DNA from: Octopus bimaculoides
Lineage: Eukaryota
NCBI RefSeq assembly: GCF_001194135.2
Contig: NC_068990.1
Span: 64,115,023 to 64,179,022 of the forward strand
DNA: 64,000 bases
Direction: 5' to 3'
In this document: piece by piece, positions 1 to 13,035 of the stretch
How the letters are laid out: every line of letters begins with the position of its first letter
How positions within the stretch are numbered: the stretch's first letter is position 1
The notes under the pieces: model-generated
The model's input: only the letters and a program-made list of their open reading frames with translations
Databases searched by the model: none
Told to the model about the DNA's origin: nothing
Made by a program: the position numbers and the translations under genes

Positions 1-50
<50 letters not shown>
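1..50. repeat. (AC)n microsatellite
   Basis: Perfect AC run at window start. Confidence 0.98.
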
Positions 51-53
<3 letters not shown>

Positions 54-361
54 TTCTGTTGAATTTTACAAACACTCATACAGACAATTTTTCTGAAATA
101 CATTTCTGTTGTTACAACAAACCAGAAACTAATATAAAACCAGAATCTGCTTTTTTGATGTTTGAAATCAAAATTTCACAGGTTACAGTAAAATTAAAAT
201 CTCTTTACATACTATGTTTACCAATATTAATCTATCCCTTCAGATATTTTATTACAAGTTGCTGCTTTCTTGTTTCTGTTTATATTTTTATACATTTTCT
301 CATTTTGTTGTTTGTTCTTCATAAGAATGTTCTTGTATATTAAATTTCTTCTCTGTTTTAG

Positions 362-667
362 TGGCTACCCGTGGAAGTATTTTATATTTCCTAGTTGTTG
401 AGATGAGCATGGTAAATGTGATGTATCAGACATCACTAAAACAGTTTCTTGGCCTTTTTGACATGTCAATGGACAAATCCGTCAAATCACCAGTCACATC
501 GAAACGTATCCATAACATCATTGACTATCTCACTTTTGAGGTATTCCGTTACACTTGCCGAGGCCTTTATGAGAAGCACAAGTTTCTTTTTACCATTCTG
601 ATGACCCTAAAGATTGAAATAGAAGGTGGTAGAGTGCAACCAAAAGAGTTCCAAGTTTTCATAAAAG
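362..667 (+). CDS. DNAH5/DNAH8: Axonemal dynein heavy chain (DNAH5/DNAH8-like), first internal exon in window
   Basis: Polypyrimidine tract + AG at 360-361, GT donor at 668. Encodes (V)[33 protein letters not shown]...[11 protein letters not shown]...FIK(G), the recognisable gamma-type outer-arm dynein sequence after the stalk/AAA5. Confidence 0.95.
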
Positions 668-1294
668 GTACAAGTGCTTTGTTTGTTTCTTTGCGTGCTT
701 GTGTATCTGTGTGTTTGCGTGAATGCATGTGTTTGCATGCTGACTATTTAATGTTTTAGCTAATTTCTTCTACGTGTGTTTATATGTACCCTTGTCTTCA
801 CATCACATGATGGTTGTAAGCAAACTTCACCATCAAACAAGCAATGCTATTCATTTCCCATCTTCCATAAAAAAACATGGCTGTTATGGGGAAATATAAC
901 TTTGCTTGGAAACAGGTGAAAGGCATTCAACCATAGAAAAATCTACCTCAACAAATTCTGTCTGACTCATACAAGCAAGGAAAAGTGGACATTAAAATAG
1001 TGACGATGATGATGATTATGTACATTCCATGTAATGGACTTGCAACACATTATCTATTGGCCCAATTAAATTCACAAGGCATGAGTCAAGCCAAGTCATT
1101 TGCCTAATATGCCACACTGTGGGTTTGAATCCACAATCTCACAATAGTTAAGTAAATATTTTAATCAGCCAGTCATGCCTACCTCAGTTACTTCTGCTAT
1201 CACTATTATCATATACATGAAACACCACAATAGAGCTTGTTGATCCGGGATAGGTCTGTCCATCCACCAAAGATCTCAATATTTAGAGAATGGA

Positions 1295-1555
1295 AGGCAG
1301 TCAGCTGGCAGAATCGTTAGCACAACAGGTAAGATACTTGACAGCATCTATTAATCCCAGAGGCAGGGAGCTAGTGGAATCATTAGCACGCAGGGCAAAA
1401 TGCTTTGTGGTATTTTGTCCATCCTTACTTTCTGAGTTCAAATTCTGCTGTGGTCGACTTTGATTTCATCTTTTTGGAGAGCACTGGAGTCAATGTAATT
1501 GACTAGACCGTTCACTGAATTTGATGGCCTTGTGCCAAGATTTGAAACCAATATT
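1295..1555 (+). mobile_element. tRNA-derived SINE family A (duplicated head)
   Basis: agctggcagaatcgttagca head, gagttcaaattc B-box, gtcgactttg...ttcatc central block, ggccttgtgccaa...tttgaaaccaatatta tail. The same layout recurs more than 10 times in the window. Confidence 0.75.
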
Positions 1556-4500
1556 AAGAGAGTGGACATCATTGTTGGCTCTCAATGGACAACAAAAGAA
1601 GAAGACAACCGATGTTTGTTTAAATTTACTAAGGCTATGCCTAATGATGTTTAATTAAATTGTTTTATAATTTAAAACATCAGAATGTATCTTAGAATAT
1701 ACCAGAAGAATTATTGTTAGTATCATTATTATTATTATTATTATTATTATTAATCATACGTTATCACATCAGAGATGTGATAACATATGATTTACAATGC
1801 AGAGTGTGCAGTTTGTTAGGCCCTGTCATATTTAGTTGATACTGGAGAATATATTTGTGATTACCTTTGAATTAATCAAGTCGAGTGGCTTTAAAGTAAC
1901 TAATTAACATATTGATAGAACCGTAATTAAAAGAGGTTTAATTAATTCAGAAGAATAACCAGGTTTAAATATAGTCCTCTGCGTTTGAGAATCAGCTACA
2001 ATAGCTTTTGAAATTATTCTCTTTCTAAAATATTCTTACGGCTTCTTTATGTAGGAAGGGCAGTACTTCATGATCTTTTTACAGAGCCTTCGATACTGGA
2101 AGAAAGAAAAGGAGGAGCTGTACTATATCAAGGATTAAATTCTTTCAGCAGAGTAGACACTCTTAAAAAATGCCACTAAAGGGTCAGGTGATAGGAGTTT
2201 AGACAGGCAACAGATTATGCCCACTACTCAACAGACAATGATTTGGCAGAGTTGGGAGAATGTTGGATAAGATGTTTCGTGGTATTTATTCTGATTCTCT
2301 GTCTTCTAGGTTCAAATCCTGTCTAGATTAATGTCACCTTTCATCTTTTATGGGTGGATTTGTGGAACTGTAAAAACATCAGACCAGAATATACCTTGTG
2401 TTATTTGTTCCATCTCCTTGCATCCCGAGTTCTAATCCCACCGTGGATTATTTAGATGTTAGTCTTAATCCATCATCTAGCATAATATTACCACCTGCTA
2501 CTTTGAGTACTGTTAGCAGAGTCCACTCTCTTCTAAGAATTCAGGCCAAATCTTTGGTTTAAGGATACCTTCTTTCCTTCTTCTCAACAGTTTGAGAAAC
2601 ACAGTAAGGTAAACCTCTGCCCTCCCTCCTGAAAAAAAAAAGAAAATCATCCTTTTCCAGAGAAAATTCAGATCAAGTATTAAAAGACACTTCGAAACAA
2701 AACATAATACATTTATTTGGTAGCAGTCACAGTGGCACTACTTATTCAGGATAAACTGTACAAATATGATAGTCCATCTAGGAGATGGGAAGGGCTTGGG
2801 TTGTGATAGGAGATAGAGAAACTGGCCTTCTTTTTCTATTCTTTTCTCCTGCATTTCTATAATTATTGTTGTTGTGTTCTTGTCCATGGTGGTGTTACTA
2901 TTTTGGTTGTCAGAAGTAGTAGAAGTAAAAAATTTTATCATCACTATTTCTGCTAATGTTAACATTGTTACATGTGTGTGTGTGTGTAAGAGAGAGAGAG
3001 AGAGACTGAGAGAGATGCAGAACGTGTTATTTCTGTTAACGAACTCATTCAACAAATCTTTTGTCTCTTTTTATTGTGAGTGTAAAAATGCTTGCACATG
3101 ACTTAGAATGTGTTATATTTATATTTTTCCATCTAAATGACTGCTGAATTTCATAATAATAATAATAATAGTAATAACAACAACAACAGTAGCTTTTTTT
3201 TTTATTAGCCACAGAGATACAAAGGTACAAAAAGAAAATATATGATGTGTGAAAAAGAAAACATGCTTAGAAATACAAAGGGTAGTGTATGAGATGTTAT
3301 ACAATATATGGAAGATGATAATAAGAATTTTGAAAAAATGCACATATATATACACAGTCACATAAACATGCATGTCTATATACACACATATTTGCACAGA
3401 AAATATTAAAAAAACACAGTACAATAAACTCATAATATTTAAAACAAAAATAAAATAGACATATAAGATTACTGGTTAGGTTGAGTTTGGCACTCCATGA
3501 CTCTCATTACTTAATAATTTATCAAAGTGTGTTCAAGTACAACTGAATGCATCATTAAGCCTTGTTTTTTTTTTTAGGTATTTGATGATTTGATGTTTGA
3601 AACACTCTAGCTTCAGGGAATTCTTTTTTCAGTTCAATTTACTGTCTTAATTCTAATTTTATGAGCAGTCTATCTTTTGCGTGTGGTTTATATTGCAAAC
3701 TTAATCATTTATGTCATTACAACTTCTTTGAAAGTCCATTACATTACGGGTGCATAATTTTGTCTATTCACTGATTGCTTGACTTTTGTTTAAACTTAGT
3801 TCATCTTTGTCCTCAGCATTTTTTTTTTCCTTATTTGTTGAGGTGGGATTTCATTGTTATTTAGAAGAAATCGTTTCTTCTCACCAGTTTCTGCGCTCAT
3901 ATCACATAGAGTACTTTCAATGTATTAAGAGAAAAAAAGCAAACAAACAAATATTACATGTGCACAAAGAACACAGTGCAGCACTTGGTTATGCAATGAA
4001 ACTGATCATGAATTCTGTTAAGATATATCAATGAATATTAGTCTATATAAATTTACTAAATCTGAGAACATCATGTTACGCATTTTTTTTTTGTGTGTGT
4101 GTGACTTTCCCGTTCTTACCTTTTGTTTTGTCCTCTGTAATTATTTTCACATCACACAATGAAGGTGTGGTACTGTAAATTGATATTATCAAGAGATGAG
4201 GTGCTTGTTCATCCATTTGTGGTACCATACCTATGAATATTTCCTTTGTTATCTCCAGAGTTTTGGTTGGTGGTGCTCTGAAAACTTGGGTTTGTGCTTT
4301 TTGTTGCTGCTGTTGCTCTTTATTGTATTCATTTTCTTTTGTTTTTACATAACATTCCTATTTCTTTGAGACATTCAGTTCTAAGGCATCTCTGCTCTGA
4401 CAAATATAGCAACTTGGCTTTCTACATTATATCTCCAATCTCAAGCCCTTCATCTCAGCATCTTCTCTTGGGTACAGTTTTGGTATTACTCACTGGTCTT

Positions 4501-5040
4501 TTGTTTGCATCTTGCTGGTTATGTTAGTTAGACTTTGAAGACATCACTTAACAAAGCTGTGACTGCTCATGTCTATCTCTTTATCTGACAGAATAAATTA
4601 TGATAATAGGTTTTTAATATTTGTAATATCAAGTAGTATATATTTGTAGAACAACAGCAATTTTAAGGGAGAGAAGTCTGAGTTAGTTGAGCGAAGGGAT
4701 CAGGATCTAACCATGACACAGAGACCCCCTCTTAGCCATGGGCCTATGTTCATGCCCAAAGTCTTTTATTGTAATTTTTTTTTTTTTCTTTAGAGCACAA
4801 ATGTTTCGTCAAAAGTATGTCTGACAATATCAGCTTGTGTTTTGGCAACATTTTCAGCTTTGAGGTACAATAAATGGTGTTGTTGTTTTTTTACTTTTTC
4901 TCTAAAACAATCCCTATCATAATTAGTGCCTTTGGAATGACTGAAAAAGATTCAAATATATAACTAAAAACTCTAGGACTTATACACAAGCAATGTTATT
5001 AGGCACTAAAAATATTGTCTGTGTATAAGTCCTAGGCACT

Positions 5041-5258
5041 AGGGTGGCGAGCTGATAGAATTGTTACCACAGGGGAAAAAATTCTTTTTAGTATTTCATC
5101 CAACTTTATATTGTGTTCAAATTCCACCAGCATCAACTTTGGATTTCATCCTTTCAAGATCCATAAAGTAAGTGCCAGTTGATTGCTGAGGTCATGTAAT
5201 CGACTTACCCACTCCCTCAAGATTACTGGCCTTGTGCCAAAGTTTGGAAACAATATTA
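5041..5258 (+). mobile_element. SINE family A with 9-bp target-site duplication
   Basis: Family A body flanked by ctaggcact at 5032-5040 and 5259-5267. Confidence 0.85.
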
Positions 5259-5454
5259 CTAGGCACTGCACTCATATCACATAGAGTACTTTCAATGTAA
5301 TAAGAAAAAAAAGCAAACAAACAAATATTACATGTGCAAAAAGAACACAGTGCAGCACTTGTTTATGCAATGAAACTGATCGGGAATTCTGTTAAGCTAT
5401 ATAAATGAATATTAGTCTATATAAATTTACTAAATCTGAGAACATTAAATTATA

Positions 5455-6215
5455 TCTAGACATTGAAAGTAGCGAGGTAGTCTAGAACCAACCAAACAAA
5501 TATGTAGGAGCAGGAGAAATTCATAACGTATAAAAGATATGAAGGAGAAAATTAGAAACAAATAAAACAGAGTCAGACTAACATTAAAAAATGAAAAGTT
5601 TGAAATAAGATAATAGGTATACATACACTAGCTGTTCCAGTTATAAACAACAACTTCATCATGATAAACTGGAAGTTAAGTGAACTGAAAAACTAGGAAA
5701 CTACAAATAGCTTTCCAACGCCATCACTGTGAATATTATTTGGATGAGCGATACCTATCTGGCATAGAGGAGGATGGGATCTAATACAAAAAAATTAAAT
5801 GAATAAATTGCCAAAAAGTTAGAACATTGAAACCAGAAAAATACATTGAATCAAGTGGTGAAGTGAAACTGATTAATGCAATTTCAGTTCAGTAGCACAA
5901 CTCAAAACGGTATACTTTCTACATGTTATACATACCCTATAAAATAAGCACCCAATAAAATAACCCTGTTCACACAACATACACCTTTTCATAATCAACA
6001 CTTGATAGTGTAGCACTTTCTACATAACTCATATTCTACTCAGTAATGTAATGCAACTCATCATATACAATCACCCTCATCAATAAAACACAAAAAAAAC
6101 ACAGCTTGCACAACACATTCAGAACAATTCTACACTCCACAAAGCAAAGCTGCACACACTTTAGGAACACAAAGCTGCACCTGATGGTGTAGTAGAATCT
6201 CAAAGGAAATTTTGA
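5455..6215 (+). mobile_element. Degraded R4/Dong-type RLE non-LTR retrotransposon fragment
   Basis: Frameshifted RT/thumb remnants (KEKIR, TLAVPV, INWKLSEL, RYLSGIEEDG resembling LYxxRxxGGRG), followed by a (GAT)n tract. Confidence 0.5.
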
Positions 6216-6219
6216 AAAA

Positions 6220-6267
<48 letters not shown>

Positions 6268-6279
6268 GATGACTTCAAA

Positions 6280-6535
6280 TTTTAGCACAAAGCCAGCAAT
6301 TTCAGGGGAGTTGGGTGAGTCAATTACATTGACCCCAGTGCTCAACTGGTTCTTATTTTATCAACCCTGAAAGGATGAAAGGCAAAGTTGACCTCAGAAG
6401 AATTTGAACTCAGAACATTATGACAGACAAAATGCTACTAAGCATTCTGCTCAGGATGAAAAGCAAAGTAAACCCCGGAGGAATTTCGCTGATAAGCATT
6501 TTGTCCAGCATGCTAATGGTTCTGCCAGCTCACCA
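6280..6535 (-). mobile_element. SINE family A (composite, minus strand)
   Basis: Reverse complement of family A head, central block and tail. Confidence 0.8.
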
Positions 6536-6849
6536 CCCTAATAATAATAATAATAATAATAGATACAAAGAGGCCAAACATCATATTGAAGGATTTCAAG
6601 CAAAACTCATGCCTCCTCATCAATATGACTGTCCCAGTCAATATAAACAAATTTGTTAAGACCTACCAAAAGCTGACCAGTATAATTATCTTGAAATAGA
6701 AATTAGCAAAATGTGGAAACTCATGTGGAAACAAATTTTATTTAAGCAACAAAATTTCTTTCAACAATTTCTTTCTCTTATGCGTGACACACGCGTCAGG
6801 TAATACAAATTGGCGTATTAATATTATTGATAATAATAATAATATTTTC

Positions 6850-7055
6850 TACTATAGATACAAGGCTTGAAATTTTGGAGAGAGGGACAGTTGATTATAT
6901 TGACCTCAGTACTCAGCTGGTACTTATTTTATCGACTCCAGAAGGAAGAAAGGCAAATTCAACTTCTGTGGAATTTGAACTCAGAACATAGCTATGAATG
7001 AAATGCTACTAAGCATTTTGTCCAGTGTGGTAATGATTCTGCCAGCTTGCCAACT
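6850..7055 (-). mobile_element. SINE family A
   Basis: Reverse complement of family A. Confidence 0.8.
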
Positions 7056-7119
7056 TAAAAAAATGTGGTGCATAAATAATGATGATGATAATAATAATAA
7101 TAATAACAATAAATAATAA

Positions 7120-7430
7120 AGAAACATAGAAAAAAACTACTCAGAAATAATAAAACGCAAATAACACCTCGACAGAAATGGTTTCAGAGACAAAAAACAT
7201 GTAAACAAAATTACAAAAACAAACAAATGAAGACAATAGAGAAAAACCCCTCGAAGGCCAATACCCTACAAAGAAATCAGAAAGGAAATCAACAATGGCT
7301 TAAAAGCTCTGGTCTAAAAGCAGAAACGGAAGGATTGATTCTTGCTGCACAAGGCTAGTGTCTGGTTGCAAACAATCATAAGAATAAAATAAAGAAAATG
7401 GATCTTAACATCAAATGCAGAATATGCAGT
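7120..7430 (+). mobile_element. R4/Dong-type retrotransposon fragment (pre-CCHC region)
   Basis: QWLKSSGLKAETEGLILAAQ in frame at about 7303-7362, then KCRIC. Preceded by (AAT)n. Confidence 0.8.
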
Positions 7431-7784
7431 TGACTACTCTGGCAGCCTCTTACCTTTCATTCTCGTTTCAAAATATTTCTTGATTGGTGTAGTTATGTAA
7501 GGTTCCTTCATAGGTAGTACACTCTGACATAATTTCAAAATTTCCCAGTGAGTCACAATACACTGAAATGTTTAGATAAATGTCAAAAGTTCTTTCAAAT
7601 GTAGCTTTTTATGTAAACAGCCAATGCTTATAGATGGATAAAGCCCAAGGAGCTATCAGTACTACATAGGGGTTTTGAGGTCATAGCCCATGTTCTTTAC
7701 CAATAACTGCAACTTTTAGTAAATTAAATTTTGATACAAATAATTCGAGTCAGTTTAAATCAGTTGTTGATATACTAAAAGCTT

Positions 7785-8003
7785 AAGGTGGGGAGCTGGC
7801 AGAATTGTTACTGTGCCAGGCAAAATGCTTAACAACATTTCATCCATCTTTATGTTCTGAGTTCAAATCCTACCAAGGTCGACTTTACCTTTCATGCTTT
7901 TCAAGGTTGGTAAAATATGTACCAGTTGAGCACTGGGGTCTATGTAACTAATATACCCACTTCTCTGAAATTGCTGGCTTTGTGCCAAAATTTGAAGCCA
8001 ATA
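7785..8003 (+). mobile_element. SINE family A
   Basis: ggggagctggcagaattgtta...gagttcaaatcc...gactttacctttcatgc...ggctttgtgccaaaatttgaagccaata. Confidence 0.85.
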
Positions 8004-8390
8004 TACTAAAAGTGTCACTGTTATCTACTAGCAGACTGCTGAGATATAGTTTGAAAGGGTATTTATAACAACTGTGGCAGTAGAAAATGTGGGTTCTTGT
8101 AAAGACTCAATCATCTTTACGCTATTATTATACAGCATTAGTTTCATTAAAATTATTGGATATTTAAATGGTGCTGGATATATATTAATACTCACAGTAT
8201 ACAGTCTTTTGGGGGACAAAAACATTAAATAGCGAACAATCAGCTACAGACAAATAATCTCATCCACATATATTGAGTACATATTCTCTCTTTGGCATTA
8301 TCCAAACACATAACATAAACACACACACACACACAAAACACAAAACACAGACAAAATATACACACACATACAAAACACACACAAAACACA

Positions 8391-8434
<44 letters not shown>

Positions 8435-8454
8435 ACACATACACATACACACAT

Positions 8455-9285
8455 AAATGTACAAGGAGAAGAAGAAAATGAATTGTATAAAAAACAATTG
8501 GTACAAGAAAATGTCTCAAATACTCGAATAAATCATTTGAAAGACAGCGACAATAATAGCACTACCAAAAGCAGTAACAACTCACATATGATTCCTAATA
8601 CCGCATTCCATCCACATAGAAGTTGTGTAAAGATGAATCTTCCTTCAATACAAAAAAGAACAGATAGAACTGTTGGGTCTGTCAAAATTACAAGAAAATT
8701 TTGTAAAAATCAGCAGTATTTCTTTGCCGCAAGAGACAATCCAGAAGAGAAGGTACAAGAAAGTTATACTTTTCTGCCTATGAAAAGAAGGAAGGGGATA
8801 AAATTATTTTCCCTCACATCAAGTAGTATAAGAAACCTTTCAGGAGATGTCAGGAGAAGTTATCTCAAACGAAAAATGCAAAAATCACTATCTGCTGTAT
8901 ATTTAAAATTGTAAAGAGGCAGATCAGAGGTTGAATTTATCAACTGTAACTCTGACCATATATTTGTGCCCCAGTAAATATATCAAAGGCACACAAGAAT
9001 CACAATAAAAGACATTGGACACGACAGACAAATGGCTGGTTTTGAATTTTGTGTCACAGTATAAGAGAGTGGTTGATATAAGCTTAACAAAAGATGACCC
9101 ATGATGGATGAGGTTTCAATATAGACTTGCAAGTTTTAATGCTTCTCAAAGGCCACAGAATCATACCAAAACTGCCCAGTAGAAGGCATTGAGACAATTG
9201 ATGATACTGGAGAGAAAATCTAGTTGTTACATTTGCTGGAGTAAAACTCACCTTATAAGAAGATTAAGTAGAAACAAAGCAAATA
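8455..9285 (+). mobile_element. Degraded R4-type element, N-terminal/RT domain 0-1 region
   Basis: Broken frames include ISKAHK...W...ILCHS...YW..LVVTF..VKL, which aligns loosely with R4 RT N-terminal motifs (KxxNW..PG, NYRPITCL). The start (aaatgtacaaggagaagaagaaaatgaa) is shared with 24143-24200. Confidence 0.4.
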
Positions 9286-9517
9286 TAATATGTGTGTGGG
9301 TGTGTGTGTGTGTGTGTATACATATGGATGCATGGGCATGTGTGTGTATCTTCACAATTCTTAATACATCCTTCCAGACAATTTCCCTTACCTAAACTCT
9401 TCATACTTTGTAAACTCGTTTTTTTACATTCTACAGTATATTTTCTTTCTTTGTAGCCTCTAGTGAAAGTGTTTTTTTTTTGTATGAGGCTAATAAAGAA
9501 ATTATTATTATTATTAT

Positions 9518-9690
9518 AGATGTCGCACAGTATCCAATATTGTGTGGTTGTTGATTGAAGATATTGTGTCTCTCGGGGGTTTGTACTGTTTGCCAAGTCA
9601 CAACAAGAACCTCAGACAGACAGTATTTTATGCAATATGCGTGCAGTTCCAAGCAGTGCCAACTTTTGCAATACACCTAAATTGGGGGGT
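9518..9690 (-). mobile_element. 5'-truncated R4/Dong 3' end
   Basis: PNLGVLQKLALLGTARILHKILSV* plus short 3'UTR, with (TAA)n on both sides. Confidence 0.85.
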
Positions 9691-9761
9691 ATTATTATTA
9701 TTATTATTATTATGATTATTATTATTATTATCATGATTATTATTATTATTATTATTATTAT

Positions 9762-11112
9762 ATGTTTGGCTTTTGCTTTGTATTTGTACAAGTTGACTTC
9801 AAGTCTCACCCAGAGACCTCAAGAGACAAGTTAGAAGTTCAAGTTGGTGTTATGACTAGGGTGCAACATTTTTGGTTTTGCACAAGGTATTGTTCTAGAG
9901 AATGTCTGTCAAAACATAAGAAAATTAAAAGTTATTTTAAAAGTACTTTGGTGATAAGAGGATAGTGTGATCTTAAGATGTCAGTAAAAGGTGTTTGCTA
10001 TTATATACATTTAAAAGTTCTTTTGACAATGTTTACAGGTTAAAAATGTTTTTAGAATTACACAAACTGTATTTTTCATAGAATATGAGCAGTTCCCATG
10101 AGCACTATTTTTTGAATTTCTTCCATATTTAGATTTTCTGGTATCTGTGGTAAGTAGCAATCAGCCCCTTTTGCTATCATTCCTAGGGCATTTATGACAA
10201 CAGGCATTGTTTTCGTATTGAGGTTCCATATTTTACCAATTTCTATTTCAAGGTCTTTATATTTGTTCAGTTTTTGGTAGGTCTCGACAAATACATTTAT
10301 GTCAATTGGTACAGTCATATCAATGAGGAGGCATGATTTTTGTCTGAAATACTTCAATATAATGTCTGGCTTATTTGCATCTATCTTTTTGTCAGTTTGA
10401 ACAGTAAAGTTCCAAAGGAGGTAAGGTGTAATCAATTACAAGTGCTGGAGGTGGTTTGTGTTCCCACCAGTTTTTATCATGGGGCAAGTCCAGGTCCTTG
10501 CAAATTACCCAGTTAATATATTGTGCCACTCTATTGATCCTGTTGAGATACTTTGTAGGTGCAAGAAGGCTGCACATGGACACATGATTGATGGTTTCAG
10601 TCTGTTGTTTACATGTACGACATGTTGGGCTACTGCCATTCTTTTAAATACTGACCTGGTAGCTTCTTGTAGGTAGACATTGATCCTGGGCAGCTATGAT
10701 AGACCCTTCTGTCTTAGATTTTAAACCAGAAGATGGGTAAGAGCTTTGTCAACATCAGCATTATTAGCTCTCAATGTGTATATGTCATTGAGAGGTTTTT
10801 CTTGTCATTTATTAGTAAGTGTATCTAAGGCAACAATTTTAGCAAGTGCTTTTTTATGCTTAGCTTTTTCTGTGCTTGTTTCCAGTACATCTAATTCTGG
10901 TATTTGCTGTATTTGGAATTCACTTAGATATTTCTTTGCCTATTTTGTTATTGAGTATTAGGCTTTCTTGTTTTCATGCTTTAAGATAAGTTTTAGCATC
11001 CAGTCATCTGAGTTTTTCAGGTAAGTGCTTAGGCCAGTTGTGGCAAACTTCATTGTCAATTCAAGTTGTAAAAGTCCACAGCCAACCTTTTTCCAGCCTT
11101 TGTTTACAACTT
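9762..11112 (-). mobile_element. 5'-truncated R4/Dong-type RLE retrotransposon (thumb, CCHC, RLE, 3'UTR)
   Basis: GCGLLQLE (GGRGL-like), H..SMC..LA...YLNR (CCHC region), NKPDII...LIDMTVPID...KLNKYKDLEIEI...QKIVLMGTAHIL (PD-D/E RLE). Trinucleotide tracts at both ends. Confidence 0.9.
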
Positions 11113-11289
11113 GAATTATCATTATTATTATCGTTGTTGTTGTTGTTGTTGTTGTTGTCATCGTCGTCGTCATCATCGTTATTAAAGTGGCGAGCAGGCA
11201 GAATTGTTAGCACCAGGCAAAATGCTTGGTGGCATCTTGCCCATCTTTGCATTCAGAATTCAAATTCTGCTGATGTCAGCTCTGCTTGT

Positions 11290-11855
11290 GAAGACCTGTT
11301 GAGGCAAGTGAAATCGAAATCAAATCAAATTCGCAAATTCGATGACTGGCACCTGTGCCAGTGGAGCACAAAGAGCACCATCTGAGCATGATTGCTGCCA
11401 GAGCAGGTGACTGGCTTCCATGCTGGTGGCATGTAAAAAGGACCATTCTAGCATGATCATTACCAGCATCGCCTTACTGCCACATGTGCTGGTGGCACAT
11501 GAAAAAACATTTGAATGAGGTCATTGCCAGTGCCGCTGGACTGGCTCCTGTGCAGGTGGTACATAAAAAACACCACTTGAGCATGGCCATTGTCAGTACC
11601 ACCTGACTGGCCCTCGTGCCGGTGGCATGTACAAGCATCCACTACACTGTCAGAGTGGTTGGCGTTAGAAAGGGCATCCAGCTGTAGAAACTCTGCCAAA
11701 TCAGATTGGAGTCTGGTGCAGCCATCTGGTTCTCTAGTCCTCANNNNNNNNNNTCAGATTGGAGTCTGGTGCAGCCATCTGGTTCTCTAGTCCTCAGTCA
11801 AATCGTCCAACCCATGCTAGCATGGAAAGCGAATGTTAAACAATGATGATGATGA
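11290..11855 (+). mobile_element. RTE LINE 3'UTR-derived element (about 58-bp subrepeats + conserved tail)
   Basis: Matches the 3'UTR following the RTE ORF at 28280-28970. Ends gggcatccagctgtagaaac...caacccatgctagcatggaaagc...(ATG)n. Confidence 0.8.
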
Positions 11856-11859
11856 TGAA

Positions 11860-12917
11860 AACATTCAATCTTGTTTGTTCCGGTATATTCTGTGAGAGCA
11901 GACAACAGCCTGCAGTCAGAGGTTACACAGGGTCTCTTTCTGCACATTATAAGCTTTGATACTTGGTTGTTAATTATCATGGGAGACATTCAACATCCAA
12001 GAATCAATCTCGAAAGCCTAGCTGTCTCCAATGGAGCAGTTTTTTGAGCTTGCTCTGCTCTCATGTCAATTCTGATTTCTTTGATATATTTCTCAAACTT
12101 TGTTGTTAGTGCTCTGAGTGTCTCTACAACTACTGGAAAGACAGACACTCTCCTCACAGTCTACATTCTTGCAATTTCCTCTCTTCATAGTCTGTACTTT
12201 TCAATCTTTTCTATTCCTTTGTCACTTATGCGTGCATCTCCAGGTATTGCAATATTTATGATCTTGGTTTTCTTTTTTGCTTTTATCTTCCACAACAGCA
12301 TCTTGTTTCTTAAATGTTTTTGGGTACATCACATTTTCAGTAGGTATTATATTGTTAATTCTAACAGCAGCAAGCAAGGATTCACTCTGCTGTTTGACGT
12401 ACCATCCCAAACTGTTCTTCTCATTGACAACACAGATCTTGCATCCTATGAGACCTCTTCCACCCCTGTTTCTAGGTACATACAGTATCACTTTTGTCAG
12501 TATCACTTATGAGGTGTAGTTCCTTGTTAATTGTCATCATTTTTCTAGTTTTCCTGGCCATTTCTTCAAGCTTGTTCTTTGTCCACCTAACAACACTTGT
12601 GCCATATCACATTAAAGAAACAGCCCATGTGTTCATTGCCCTGATTTTGTTTTTTCCATTGAGTCTACTTCCCCTAATTAACTTGGTTCTTCTGAGATAT
12701 TCTTGCCTAAAGCTTTCTTTCATTTCACTTTCCTTGATTTTGTCGCATTCTAAAATCCCCAGATATTTATATTCCTTAGTCTCAATATCCTTGAGTTTCT
12801 TGCCATTGGGCAGCTCTACACCATCAGACAACACTACTTTGCCTCTTTGTATTATAAGCACACAACACTTTTTAGTCCCAAATTTCATTCTGATATTCTT
12901 ACTGAATACCTGCACTG
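11860..12917 (-). mobile_element. 5'-truncated, internally deleted R4-type retrotransposon
   Basis: MKFGTKKC, YKYLGILE, NKIRAMNTWAVSLM, LYVPRNRGGRGL, then the RLE (IINIAIPGD...KIEKY...AQKTAPLETARLSRLILGC*). 5' junction is in (AAT)n. Confidence 0.9.
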
Positions 12918-13035
12918 TATTATAATTATTATTATTATCATTATTACTATTATTATTATTTCTATTAATATTACTATTATTATTACTATTATTATTGCTA
13001 TTAATATTGTTGTTGTTGTTGTTGTTGTTGTATAA
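12918..13035. repeat. Compound (ATT)n/(GTT)n microsatellite
   Basis: Direct inspection. Confidence 0.9.

Noticed and set aside
668-759. Extension of the dynein ORF to 759 in the ORF track
   Set aside because: This is intron read-through past the GT donor at 668. The same applies to the ORF-track tails after exons 2 and 4-8.
11701-11796. Perfect 43-bp direct repeat
   Set aside because: The copies flank a 10-N gap; this is an unmerged contig overlap (assembly artefact).
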